From NCBI GenBank assembly GCA_951406725.2, contig OX597818.1:116436001-116500000 (forward strand): DNA of 64,000 bases, in the 5' to 3' direction. Below the pieces are notes generated by a model. The model was not told where the DNA came from. It saw only the letters and a list, made by a program, of their open reading frames with translations, and did no database searches. Position numbers and translations under genes: made by a program. This stretch comes from Octopus vulgaris (lineage: Eukaryota). Shown here in pieces: positions 14,591 through 27,883 of this stretch; positions within the stretch are counted from its first letter, which is position 1, and each line of letters opens with the position of its first letter.

Positions 14591-15507
14591 CCTACATATA
14601 TATATACACACATATACATATATATACCTATATATACTTATATAGGTATATATAGTATATGTATATGTATATGTATATATATACATATATATATACATAT
14701 ACATATATACCTACATATACATATATATATATATATACGTACATGTATATATGTGTGCACACATATATTATATGTTTGTATGTATCTATACATAAATATA
14801 TATATATGGTTCATTCATCGAAATTTCATTTGTCCGAAGCACAATGGCCGAAAGCATATTCGTGGAAAATTATTCGTACAACGACCTATTCATGGAAAGA
14901 AGGGAAAGAAACACAACAAAGAAACACATTATAACTTAATACCAATCTTGTGCTGAAGCATTTTATGGTAATTCTAAAACTTTATGCATAGATTACTTTT
15001 AAAATTAAATTAATTCTATCATTTGCGTGTGTATCTTTATGTATGTGGGTATTTTTCTATGTATCTGTGTTCGTTACGAAGGACATCCAATACAGAAAAG
15101 ACATTATATTTCTAAGTGATAAACTATAGTTTTTCTATAAAATTCGAAGACAGCCTTTTAAATTGAGACGTTGCGTATACGAATACGCCTCTGTAAACAA
15201 TGCGATCGCATAGTTTTTATAGAACAGTGATTCACAAACATGTCTTGTCTATGGGCCACTTTACTGGACCTCCATAGCAATTATCTGTATGTAAAAAAAA
15301 ATTCTACATTTACATAATTAAATATTATTAGGAATTGTATAAAAGAAATTAATGAACCCTGGTTGAGAGCCCCGGATTTGTATACGAAACACTGTAACTT
15401 GCAGCACTGGCTTTGAATTCTGTTTTATCTCTTGAAATGAGAATACTACACTGAGAGCTGAAAAATGTAAGGCACTATATTGATTTGTTAAGCCTTAATA
15501 TGTTGTG

Positions 15508-15808
15508 TGTTCCTTCTCGAGCCATGCCTGGCTCATAAGGGCTGGTTTCCTGTTTTCCTTGGCGTACAGGATTCCCCACCTAGACGGGACGCCGGTCCGT
15601 CGCAGGTGAGCTGCGAGATGCATGGGGAAAGAGTGAGAGAAGGTTGTGGCGAAAGAGTCAGCAGAAGTTCGCCATTAACTTCTGCCGGAGCCGCGTGGAG
15701 CTTAGGTGCTTTGCTCATAAACACACACATTGCTCGGTCTGAAATTCGAACCGGCTATCCCTCGACTGCGAGTCCGCTGCTCTAACCACTAGGCCATATG
15801 CTTCCACA
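15508..15808 (-). mobile_element. tRNA-derived SINE family C
   Basis: Reverse complement of 20343-20641; A box TGGCCTAGTGG and B box GGTTCGAAT. Confidence 0.9.
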
Positions 15809-16469
15809 AGCCTTAATATACCTTCTTGTTTATCATGGTTGCAGAACTAAATTCTGTGTCCGAGTAATTAAGATAAACATTTTATTGTCTTCAAATCTGT
15901 TCATGTAAAAAGAAAAGCCGCAATAAATACTATCCAGAGATGCCAGCAATCACAAAGTATATGAGTGGAAAAAGAAAAGTAAATCTACCAACTGGTATAT
16001 CTAATTGTCTGGTACTATTTTATCAGAAGAGGAGACAAGTTTAACAAGGCTCTAGTACCAAAAACTATTTTATTCTATGCTCTACAACTTTATAGTGAAA
16101 CCAGTTGTTCTGGTCTTTGGCAGGAGACCAGCATAGTCCAGTGTACATCAGTATTTAATTGTTATTTAAATAGTGGGCATCGATTAGTTCTTTATTGTCT
16201 TTCTGGTGGACAATAATGATTTTGTGACTTGAAAGTGTGTTTTATGGCTATCACAAATAATGTTGTGAACTCGACGACAAATTGGCTGAGTTATAAATTA
16301 TCAATTTATTCTGAGTTATTGTACTAAAACATTCTAAATAACCATATTTCAAAATATTATTACAGTTTATTCAAACATCAATAAATGTTTGAATTTTATC
16401 TGTTTTATTTCTAAAACACCTTCTGATAAATATTAAAATTTTCACGAATATTCGAAATTCACTGAACAT

Positions 16470-16504
<35 letters not shown>

Positions 16505-16508
<4 letters not shown>

Positions 16509-16627
16509 CGTGATCACCGTGACCGACCAGGCTATCAGATGTTGCTACACATCGCTGGTCACAATGCGCTTTGCATTGTTTTAGCCTTCAAGTGACGCCA
16601 CCCCGCTGGCTAAGCGAGTAGGCCAAT
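16505..16627. mobile_element. Short LINE-end-like repeat inserted within (TA)n
   Basis: GACGCCACCCCGCTGGCTAAGC..AGGCCAA recurs at about 52700-52732; internal hairpin; probably an RTE-type 3' end. Confidence 0.55.
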
Positions 16628-16734
16628 ATATATATATATATATAATAAAATAATAATAATTTGAGGGAATATTATTCCTAACTTACAGGGAAAATTTCAA
16701 TTTAGAAATACTAAATCAAATTTCACAAAATATA

Positions 16735-16773
<39 letters not shown>

Positions 16774-16930
16774 GAAAAAACACCTTTTATCAATTCAAAA
16801 TGAAACAATTAAATTACACCATCTAGAAAATTACATATAATAGAAATATTAAAAATAAAATAACAATAATATACCGATGATTAAGTAAATTGCAAAATAA
16901 TAATAATATATATATATACATACATATATA

Positions 16931-17700
16931 TTAGTTTGATGCAAAAAAGGGGTGAAGAATTTTATTTTTATTTTTCAGGGGGACACACTCCTATTTTATT
17001 AATATTTTATTAATTATTTTATTAATATTTTATTAATAAGAAAGCATTGAATACGAAATTTGGGGTTGTAAAAGAGAAAATGAGAGGTTGCTACCAAGCT
17101 TTAAAAATAAATGTATATTAGTTTGTGCTGGAAAATGTTGTTTTGGTGATGTTTTCTCCGGAACCGGTTTGATATGTACCTAGTTAACCTGGTTTGAAAA
17201 AAAAAACGATGACAATCTAGGGTATAGTACGTAGTGAGATACAGCGTATAGAGCGTTAATTTTATTTTATGTGGCAGTTTCCCCAGTAGGTATATCATAA
17301 CCACTTATGTAAGCTTATTTTGACTTTTGTGAAGCAAGTGTAATGCTTGCTTGTTTTTGTTTGAGAGTGACGACCTGTAACTTTTAACAATTTGAAGAAG
17401 GCATTGTTTCTGCTCTTCATCATGTGTTGTCAGTTTGTTGTATTCCTTTATCAGTCGTACACCTCTTTCCGCAATGTCGTTTACCATTTTGAGCCCGCAT
17501 GCGATATCTCTTGCATTCGCATAACTTTCATCATCATTCCAGTCTTCAGCATCTTTTTCGAGAAAAGTGCAAGGCACCTCTAGGGTTTCAAAGAATCTTT
17601 ATGTGTTGGCAATAACAAAATCCTGCAGTTGTTTCTCCCCAGCTGATTCACAATTTATTGATGCTCGTTAGCTCGGTTTTGTGTCAACTGGTTTCTACAG
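16931..17700 (-). mobile_element. DNA transposon 3' remnant with transposase C-terminus (hAT/hATm-like)
   Basis: ORF 17305-17577: LKMVNDIAERGVRLIKEYNKLTTHDEEQKQCLLQIV matches the V.ND.AERGV..I..YN...T.DEEQ.Q.LLQ.V pattern of such transposases; upstream region frameshifted. Confidence 0.7.
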
Positions 17701-18757
17701 AATAGTATGTATGTATGTATGTATGTATAAGCGACAAAAGGAGTATTTCAAATTAGCAAACCGTATATAATATTAACATGCGTACGTCAATGAAAGCCTG
17801 CTAATCTGCAATTTCTGTCTCGATGTAGGATGTCTTGGAGACTTATAGCGTTGAAAAAGCGAAATATATCATTAATAGACCAAATTTGTTAAACTGCCGT
17901 GGTGTAATTGCTAAGTACCTATTTCTGTTTTTCTGGGCAAAGAGAGAAGGAAATATTCACAAGCAACGGCATACTAAAACAAATTCAGCAATGTAGATAA
18001 GTTGAGTATGATATACATATTACTATTTAGAACTAGTACTACCTCTACCTCTCATAACAAATTTCAACCTCCCGGCTAGCTCCAAATTTTCGACCAGTTC
18101 TTTGTATATCATTTATTAGTAGCCAATGATCAGAAGTTAATTAAACTGAATTTCTCTGAAAGAAAGAAAATGTTAGGCCAGTTTTCGAGTGAAATTCAGT
18201 TTAAAATCTATTTTCGACCACTTTCATTCATTTCTTTATTAAATTGCAAAGAAATTAAGGATTGGTGATTTCGCAAACTACTTCTTAAATTATTAATAAT
18301 TTTTGGCTTATTCTAAATGACCCAATAAGCTATTTGATTAAATTTCAATTCAGTGTTACTGAGAAATCTCATATAGTTTGTTATATCATCACCTAATCTT
18401 TGACCCATTTGGAGAGAACATGTAGGGGCTGTAGAAGTGTTTTAGTTAAAGTGAAATATTTCAACACAATTTGAACGGTGAAATTAAATCAATATAGGAC
18501 AGAATTGTATTAATTTTCTAATATTTCTCTTTTTCAGCAAACTTATCAAAATTCTCCACTAAATCCCGTTGCAACTTATAATCTCTTAATTCCTCCAAAG
18601 TCATCTTAAAGAATTGTGATACGTAAAATCGTGTAAGCAAAAGGAAGTCTGCCGAAGGCAAATCTGTGTAGAAGAAACCAAACATTTCCTTATCTCACAT
18701 TTTACGTTGCGTTACTATATTATAATATACTACCTTATATACATCGTTATGTATGCA

Positions 18758-19240
<483 letters not shown>

Positions 19241-19462
19241 ACAGAAATAATCAATATTATGCAGAAAACACTTATGATATTCAGTGCTTTATAAAACATA
19301 CACGCGTTTCAATAGCTATTTATTGCGGAACACCGATGCGGTGCCTTGTAATTATGTATAATGTTTCTACAACTGTTGTATAATTATTGCAGTATTTTGA
19401 TGAAACACGTGTATGTTCTACAAAGCTCTGACCATGTGTTTCCTGTATATTATTATTTCTGT
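19241..19462. repeat. Imperfect ~220-bp fold-back (inverted repeat)
   Basis: GCTTTATAAAACATACACGCGTTTCA pairs with TGAAACACGTGTATGTTCTACAAAGC; arms extend to ACAGAAATAA / TTATTTCTGT. Confidence 0.75.
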
Positions 19463-19661
19463 GGTGTACTTAGCAGAAAGCAATTTTATCTGAGACCGTG
19501 TGTTGAAACTATAATGATTGCACCAAAGAAATCAGATTAACCATTCAAACACACAGAAATACTTTTCACTTCACTTAAGCACTTATCATTTCGTGTCAAC
19601 ATTTTCGTCGCACTAACAGCGACTGCTTCCTATCATAATTCCACTGCATTTATTTTTTGCC

Positions 19662-19996
19662 ATGTATGTATGTATGTATGTATGTATGTATGTATGTATG
19701 TATGTATGTATGTATGTATGTATGTATGTGTGTGTATGTATGTATGTATGTATGTATGTATGTGTGTATGTATGTATGTATGTGTGTATGTATGTATGTA
19801 TATATGTATGTATGTGTGTGTGTATGTATGTATGTATGTATGTATGTATGTATGTATGTATGTATGTATGTATGTATGTCTGTGTATGTATGTATGTATG
19901 TGTGGGTGTGCGTATGTATGTATGTACGTATGTATGTATGTATGTATGTATGTATGTATGTATGTATGTATGTATGTATGTGTATGTCTGTCTATC
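19662..19996. repeat. (TGTA)n microsatellite
   Basis: Direct reading. Confidence 0.95.
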
Positions 19997-20342
19997 TAAT
20001 GATTCGTTAATATCAACCAATTAAATGAAAATAATCAACACCTCCATTAGTAGTAGTACAAAGGCCAAAATTAGTTCTCCTAAGAAGTTTAAGGGTTAAG
20101 CGTAAAATATTTTTAAAATGTCAGTTCCTTTATTTTTCATAAAACAGCATTACGGCTGTCTGCAATCGATACTGAATCATTTTGTAAACTTGAATCGTTT
20201 TATGCACCACATTTCAAGGCATGAAAACAGAACATATGGATATACGTACGTATGAAACTGTTATTAAAAATGAATATTGATTTAGGCGTTACCGTACACA
20301 ATTTGGCGTGTAAGAAAAGTACTTTACACTATACTAGAACAG

Positions 20343-20641
20343 GTGGAGGCACATGGCCTAGTGGTTAGAGCAGCGGACTCGCGGTCGAAGGATCGCGGGT
20401 TCGAATCTCAGACCCGGCGCTGTGTGTGTTTATGAGCGAAACACCTAAGCTCCATGCGGCTCCGGCAGAAGGTAATGACGAACTTCTGCTGACTCTTTCG
20501 CCACAACTTTCTCTCACTCTTTCCTCCTGCATCTCGCAGCTCAGTGCGACGGACCGGCGTCTCGTCCAGGTGGGGAACCTATACGCCAAGCAAACCGGGA
20601 GACTAGCCCTTATGAACCAGGCATGGCTCGAGAAGGAACAC
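20343..20641 (+). mobile_element. tRNA-derived SINE family C, full length
   Basis: A box TGGCCTAGTGG, tRNA-like GGACTCGCGGTC, B box GGTTCGAATCT, tail GGCTCGAGAAGGAAC. Confidence 0.9.
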
Positions 20642-21152
20642 AGAACTGTTCTTTCTAAAGGACGAAACAACAACGAATACTAGAATAGAGGAGAGGTAGA
20701 TATCGTAGCAGTTTGATTAGAAACACCGAATAAAGTGATGGGAGATAACTGAGTGTCAAGAACATTGAATTATGATTTGATGAATGAAGTGTTAATTGAA
20801 CAACTTTGTTCGTATGCATTGTATTACGGTTAAAGGATACTGTGTTTCGTAATTTAATGAGTAACCTGATGTATAATATTATTGTACAGAGAATATCACT
20901 AATTGTTTAATTAGCTGTAGAATTACACGAATGGAAATTTGATGTTACAGATATTTACAAAATTATTTGTCCGTGATATTTTCTTCTTCAACACAACTGT
21001 CGCCAGTAAGAACGGGATTCGTATTAGTATCTTCCACGATGCCGTTTGTATATATGCAGAAACGATGCACTTTAGAAAAATGTGAAAAAGGGAAAATTAT
21101 TTTGGTTCTATCCTTCATTAAATTTAGATGGCTATTCGTACATAACAAGCTA

Positions 21153-21342
21153 CGGCGGCACTGCGGGTGAAATTCTTAGCGTCTTATCGTCCGTCTTCCC
21201 GTTCTGAGTTCAAATTCCGTCGAGTTCGAATTTTGTTTTTATCGTTTCTGTGTCGACAGAATAAGTACCATTTGAGGACTGAGGACAATGTAATCGAATG
21301 GTCAACTCTCCGTATTTGCTCGCCTTGTGCCAAAGTTTGAAT
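21153..21342 (+). mobile_element. SINE family A, diverged
   Basis: GTTCTGAGTTCAAATTCCG core and CCTTGTGCCAAAGTTTGAA tail. Confidence 0.75.
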
Positions 21343-21546
21343 CCTATATTAACATGACCTAGAGATTTTATCTCTTATTAGACATCGGTTTTCAAGTTCA
21401 CATTCATTCACAGATTTTGACGCTCCAACGAATTTGCCAAAGCACTTAAAAGATTTATATCTCTACGATAACAACTTACCAAGCATATAACGGAGTAATT
21501 ACGTTGCTTGATCCATCGTATTCCATAACAAACCCAATATTTAATA

Positions 21547-21667
21547 CAGTTCTATATTTAAGAGATGAGGAATTATTTACATTATTTACATATGGCGTAG
21601 TGGTTAAGAGCATGGGCTACTGACCCCGAGATTCCAATTTCGATTCCCGGCAGTGACCATAATAATG

Positions 21668-21700
<33 letters not shown>

Positions 21701-21849
21701 TTGAAAAATACCTTAGGAATGAGAACGCAGGTTCGGAATTTCCCCAAGACACCTGATGAAGGATAGGGGGGTATATCAGCCGAAACGTAGTGTTAACAAC
21801 AAAAAAGATGAGGACAAATATCCGTCAAATGTAAATAATGTAAATAATG
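21547..21849 (+). mobile_element. Composite element (family H2): inverted tail fragment + tRNA-like head + (TAA)n + HHR + tail
   Basis: A box TGGCGTAGTGG 21593-21603, decayed B box ATTTCGATTCC 21637-21647, HHR 21748-21794; related partial copies at 46030-46160 and 62180-62300. Confidence 0.75.
21748..21794 (+). ncRNA. Minimal type-I hammerhead ribozyme motif
   Basis: GACAC-CUGAUGA-A-GGAUAG..CAGCC-GAAAC-GUA-GUGUU; stem I GACAC/GUGUU; loopless palindromic ACGU stem III; stem II mutated in this copy. Confidence 0.75.
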
Positions 21850-22081
21850 CCAATATCTAGTGGTTTTCATGATGAAAAATTGTTTTCCATAAACACCCAA
21901 CAGGAGTCACAAACAGTTAAATATATCTTGTAAACTCTTGTGACAATCTTGTCATGTCCATTACTAAAGACCTTCAATATAACAACTTTGTGTGCTTTCC
22001 ATATGCTTAATGTCGGTTGAATTTTTCCACTATTTTCCTTTTCGAATTTTGGTATGTTCTTCAATTTTTTCGTCATTTTTG

Positions 22082-22136
<55 letters not shown>

Positions 22137-22915
22137 GTTACAAATATTATTACTTTCTAATTTGTACTTTCATTTCCACGAAATTTTCAAATTTTTATTT
22201 TTTATTTTTCTTGTTGTTTTCATTAAACGAAGTTTCTGTATTTTCGTGAATGCCGTATTTTAAGTCTTTCGAAATATTTGACCTTTACATTTCGATAAAC
22301 ACAAAAACAAACAACGATAAAAACATCTTGATTTTTAAATATTACTATTAAACCATACAAGATGATAAAACATTACTTCAACGAAATTGAGACACTTAAA
22401 ATAAAAACACTTCAAATCGTCTGCTCCATACTTATATAAACACACACACACACATACACACACACATACACACACACATACACACACATACACACACACA
22501 CACAAACACACACACATAAAGCACCTTCGTCTTAAAGTTCTAATATAGAATGTACACACGCAATGACAAATATACACATACACACATATATACGTTTCAC
22601 TTCGGTGACAAATGAAAAGAACCCGTCACTGCAGGGAAAGCCATCGGAGAGCTTTGGCTTCAGAGGCTAATACGGGAACGCGTCAGGGACACGTGTTGGG
22701 GACATCTCAGCTTTGGTTTGCTTGTCGGATGTTGTAAGGACAGAAGCAAATATTGATCAAAGGTCACATTGTAAGTAATACAGCCCAGCTCACCTATGAT
22801 ATATGCGTAGCAAAATGAAACATGTCGTAGACATTAATAGCGTTAACGAAGTAGAAAAATATATGGTTTACCTTCTCAGTTTGTGTCATTCACATGTATA
22901 ATAGTCTTATGTATA

Positions 22916-23287
22916 TAGGCGCAGGAGTGGCTGTGTGGTAAGTAGATTGCTAACCAACCACAGGGATCCGGGTTCAGTCCCACTGCGTGGTGCCTTGGGC
23001 ATCTGTCTTCTACTATAGTGGATTTGGTAGACGGAAACTGGAAGAATCCCACATTGTGTGTGTGTGCGTGTATGTGTGTATGTATGTTTCTGTGTCTGTG
23101 TTTGTGTGTTTGTACCCCTAGTATCACTTAAGAAACAATGTTGGTGTGTTTGCGTCCCAAGGTCGGCAAAAGAGACCGCTAGAATAAGTACTAGGCTTAC
23201 AAAGAAAAAGTCCTGGGGTCGATTTGTTCGACTAAACGTGGTGCTTCAGAATGGCTGCATTCAAATGACTGAAACAAATAAAAGAAT
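22916..23287 (+). mobile_element. SINE family B
   Basis: ATAGGCGCAGGAGTGGCTGTGTGGTAAG..CAAATGACTGAAACAA. Confidence 0.88.
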
Positions 23288-23322
23288 ATAATATTGTTGT
23301 TGTTGTTGTTATTGTTATTATT

Positions 23323-23458
23323 AAGGCGATGAGTTGGGAGAATCTTTAGCGCGCCGGACGAAATGCTTAGCGATATTTCACCCGTCGCTACCTTCTGAGT
23401 TCAAATTCAGCCGAGGTCGACTTTGCCTTTCATCGTTTCGAGGTCGATAGACTAAGTA
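23323..23458 (+). mobile_element. SINE family A, 3'-truncated
   Basis: Head and core match family A. Confidence 0.8.
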
Positions 23459-23469
23459 TAGTAGAATGG

Positions 23470-23645
<176 letters not shown>

Positions 23646-23877
23646 TTATATTTATCGTCTTTGCACAAGTTCTGATGCTGGAGATGTACTACGGTGCCAA
23701 TTTTCAAGCACCTTCCGGAATATTCGAGCGGTTCCAAGCAGTTCTGTTTTCTGCAAGTGCTTCACCCTTATTACAGCCCCTATTTGTTCCATCTACTTCT
23801 CAAGATTTTTACACAAATTTATTATTAATATTGTTTGTTGTTGTTGTTGTTTCTTGTTGTTTATTTTTGTTGTTGTT

Positions 23878-24085
23878 AAGGCGACAAGCTTGCCGAATCG
23901 TTAGTACACCGGTCAAAATTCTTAGCGATATTTCGGACGTTTCCACGTTCTGGGTTCAAATTCCGACCACGTTCAGGTTCGATACAATAAGTACCACTCT
24001 AGTACTGAGGGAGATATGTTGGTCTAAGTAAATGACTAGTTCCCTCCCCTGAAATTGCTGGCCTTGTATCAAAGTTTGAAACTAT
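23878..24085 (+). mobile_element. SINE family A, diverged
   Basis: Head, GTTCAAATTCCG and GCTGGCCTTGT..AAAGTTTGAAAC tail. Confidence 0.7.
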
Positions 24086-24566
24086 TATTCTTATTACTGT
24101 ACCACATAAGCTAAGCTAATTACGACTACGGCTCAGTTTTCTAGCAGATGACTCTGTTGTGATGGTTATTTTTGCTTAAGATATTCTGGTATTTGTCTTC
24201 TCTATTCCCTCGCTCTTTATCTCTAATTTCGTTCTTGATCTCACTTTCTCCTCTCCTCTATCTTTCTCTAAGATATATCTCTTTCTCCATCGCTCTCTTC
24301 CCCTCTCACTCTATCTATGTATCTATCTATTTATCCATAAATCTATCTCTCCTTCGGCTCTTTCTCTCTCTTTCGCCCTTTGTCTTTGTGGAAATTCAAT
24401 TCAGGTTTATCTGTTAGGGTTGCAATTCCCCAAGGCAACTAGAAATGTGCATTTGTCTATTAGCTCCATTGGCCTGTAACTTACGTCCTTCGGTGAACGG
24501 TATATCAATTTTGATCAGCTCCAGATTTAATGATCATTGTGGATGGCACGGATATATATTTATATT

Positions 24567-24614
<48 letters not shown>

Positions 24615-24793
24615 TATGCAGAAAACGAAGAACCTATTGCGTGTGTCGCCTACCTAAATTGTAAAATGGGAAAATATCCTGACAGACGATTTCAGTTATC
24701 TACATAACTATCCACAACAGATATACAATTTCTCTTTCTTAATAGATAAATTTCCTAACAAACAAGACTGCTATCATTCAATTAGTGTGTCCT

Positions 24794-24796
<3 letters not shown>

Positions 24797-24862
<66 letters not shown>

Positions 24863-24935
24863 ACATATGTATGTATATATTTATATATATATACATGTGT
24901 ATATGTATATATATACATGTACATGTATGTATATG

Positions 24936-24968
<33 letters not shown>

Positions 24969-24980
24969 GTACATGTATGC

Positions 24981-25018
<38 letters not shown>

Positions 25019-25089
25019 CACATTATATCAATGGTGCTATATATATCATATACCTTTAAATAAACAAATGTGTACGCATGTATATATTC

Positions 25090-25139
<50 letters not shown>

Positions 25140-25380
25140 GCTTATATAAGTATATTTATTACTTATACGGATATAGAAGATAATATTTGTATGTGAGTTT
25201 TTCGTGTGTACATATAGGTAAGTGCATATATACGTATATAAACATGTATGTATGTATATGTGTATATATACACACACACACACATATATATATATATATG
25301 CATATATACATTTATATATTAACATATGCATACATAAATATGTATCTTTAATATATATATAGATAGATAGATACACATAT
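24797..25380. repeat. Degenerate (TA)n/(TATG)n block
   Basis: Direct reading. Confidence 0.9.
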
Positions 25381-25689
25381 ATATTTACATACTCATATCT
25401 ATATCTATTTATTTATCTACCAACCTATCTATGTGAGTGTGTATATGTCTGAGTGTATGTGTCCTTGTTTATGTATATACAAACTCACACCACACGCCTA
25501 CATCCTCTGCATCGCCATAGACTTGTAATTGTTAGTACCTGTATCTCTTAGATATTCCACCATCCATTCTTAATTGAATATTTCCATTTATCATTTTCCT
25601 TTTTATTTCTGTTGAAAATATAATTTTTTTTTTGCTCTTTATTTTTTAAAAAATTATTTCATTCCCGTAAATGGCACCCCGCCTCATCA

Positions 25690-25740
25690 CACCACCCCAC
25701 CCCACCTCACTCCACCCCACCTCACCCCACCCCACACTAT
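25690..25740. repeat. (CCCCA)n-like repeat
   Basis: CACCCCACCCCACCTCACTCCACCCCACCTCACCCCACCCCAC. Confidence 0.8.
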
Positions 25741-26269
25741 ACCACGCTATTACTTCCTTCTCTATATCCTCGTATTCCTCCATAAACAGATTTAGCGAAT
25801 ATCGAATTTGCCAATAATTATATGTCAAACGATGAGATCAACGACTTGACTGCCTTGAAGACGTTTGCCAGTATATTTCTTTGGTTGTGATTTAATATAT
25901 GCCAAATTAACTGAAAAGGAACGTAGTATACAACTTTAATATGACATCTAATATAAGCAATAATCTTCAAGGGTATGTCGAGGAAAAAAGAAATGTCTAA
26001 TGTTCAGCTGTCACTATCATTATTTGATACTGTACGGCAGTAATTACTTTCTCATATGCTTTGACAGTATTTACGGCAATTATCTTATTGTTTACACGAA
26101 CGCACACACAAACACACACACAGACACAGACACACACACTCACACTCTCTCGCATGCACACGCACACACGCAAGCATGTACAGAGAGTCACATACTCATA
26201 CAGGCATATACATGCACATAAGCATACAGACAAATGCATACACTCCCACGAAAATAAGTGTGGGAGTAT

Positions 26270-26301
26270 ATATATGTAAATATGTAAGTATACATAAATA
26301 C

Positions 26302-26378
<77 letters not shown>

Positions 26379-26582
26379 ATATGCATATATATATATATAT
26401 ATGTATATAAACATACATATATATACATATATATACATGTTTATATTCACATATTTATGTATCTGGTCACGTATATATATATATAATTATATAAGTGTAT
26501 ATAAGTAAATGTATATACATACACACACATACATATATATATATACACATACTTCTATATATAGAAATATATGTATATATAC

Positions 26583-26627
<45 letters not shown>

Positions 26628-26641
26628 AATATATATATATA

Positions 26642-26682
<41 letters not shown>

Positions 26683-26720
26683 GTAAATAGATGTATATTT
26701 ATATACATGTATATATACTT
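26270..26720. repeat. Degenerate (TA)n block
   Basis: Direct reading. Confidence 0.9.
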
Positions 26721-27576
26721 ATATATACAACTATGTAACTACATATATTCATTCGTACACATACACACAAACACACCAACACACAAACAGACACACATAT
26801 ATATTCATACATTTCTGCATATATATATCTACAAATACACGCGCGCTCGCACACATGTATATAAGTACGTGTGTGTTTACAAAAATATGCGTTTGTGTAT
26901 TTGTAAGTTTGCGTGGGATATTTCTTTTATCTAATGTGCTTTTACGTGTTTATTTCCAGTCTGACATCCTATAATTGACTTTCTCCTATAGCTTCCACTT
27001 GAGTCTTCTGTAGTTGTTTCATATATTCTTTACATCGCCTGCCTGCGTCCGTTTATATCCTGTATGGACGGCTATATTACATATTGTATATATAAGTGTG
27101 TTTGCCTTTCTGAAAACGATATTTATATACTTCTGCCTATAACATATACATATCACTTGCTACATGCTACTCGCACAGAAGTACACATACGCCTGTTACG
27201 AAAATACTCAGAGACTTATACATCATATGTGTATGTATATATATATGGAGAAAAAAAGTCAAGATAGAAAATGCTAAAGTAATTTTATAAAAAACCCATT
27301 TCAGTACCCGTTTCAGTCATTGAGACTTTCTTAACTGTACGGAAAACAGATTTTGGAAAAATTAAAAGAAAAGTTTTTAAAAATTAAAAGAAAAGAATAT
27401 TTGCATAGTGTTCAAATGCAAGTGGCATTTTCCTTGTTTCTGCCTGTCTCTGTCTCACTTGTTTACTCTTGTGGGTTCGAGAAGAAGAAGAATGTGGGAG
27501 TGCCATGACAGTAGTATGTTAAATGGTCAACTGCCCACTGCGTATGGTAGTAGAATGGTCAAGTGACCATATATAT

Positions 27577-27607
<31 letters not shown>

Positions 27608-27654
27608 CATATATATATGCATATCTACACACACACACACACACATATCGTTAT

Positions 27655-27819
27655 CCACTACACACATTTTTTTCTCTCCTTGTTTTTTCTGTGTACCTTT
27701 CTGTAGAAGAGCGTAGGCTCGAAACGTAAAATACTTTTTCTATTCCTGAGCGTTATACTAATACATCTGTATATTTTGTACACCACCTGTCTTCGTCTTT
27801 TGTTTTTTTCGTAAACTTT

Positions 27820-27823
<4 letters not shown>
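27655..27823 (+). mobile_element. Family H1 repeat with HHR-like motif at 27697-27732
   Basis: cttt-CTGTAGA-A-GAGC-gtag-GCTC-GAAAC-GTA-aaat; 3' end abuts (TA)n. Confidence 0.8.

Positions 27824-27883
<60 letters not shown>

Noticed and set aside
15507-15785. Similar 90-100 aa ORFs at 15507, 20365 and 37752 resembling a gene family
   Set aside because: Antisense readings of SINE family C.
20343-20420. tRNA-like sequence (also at 15735-15808, 21593-21660 and 33472-33540)
   Set aside because: No complete cloverleaf or acceptor stem, and it continues into repeated SINE bodies; these are SINE heads, not tRNA genes.
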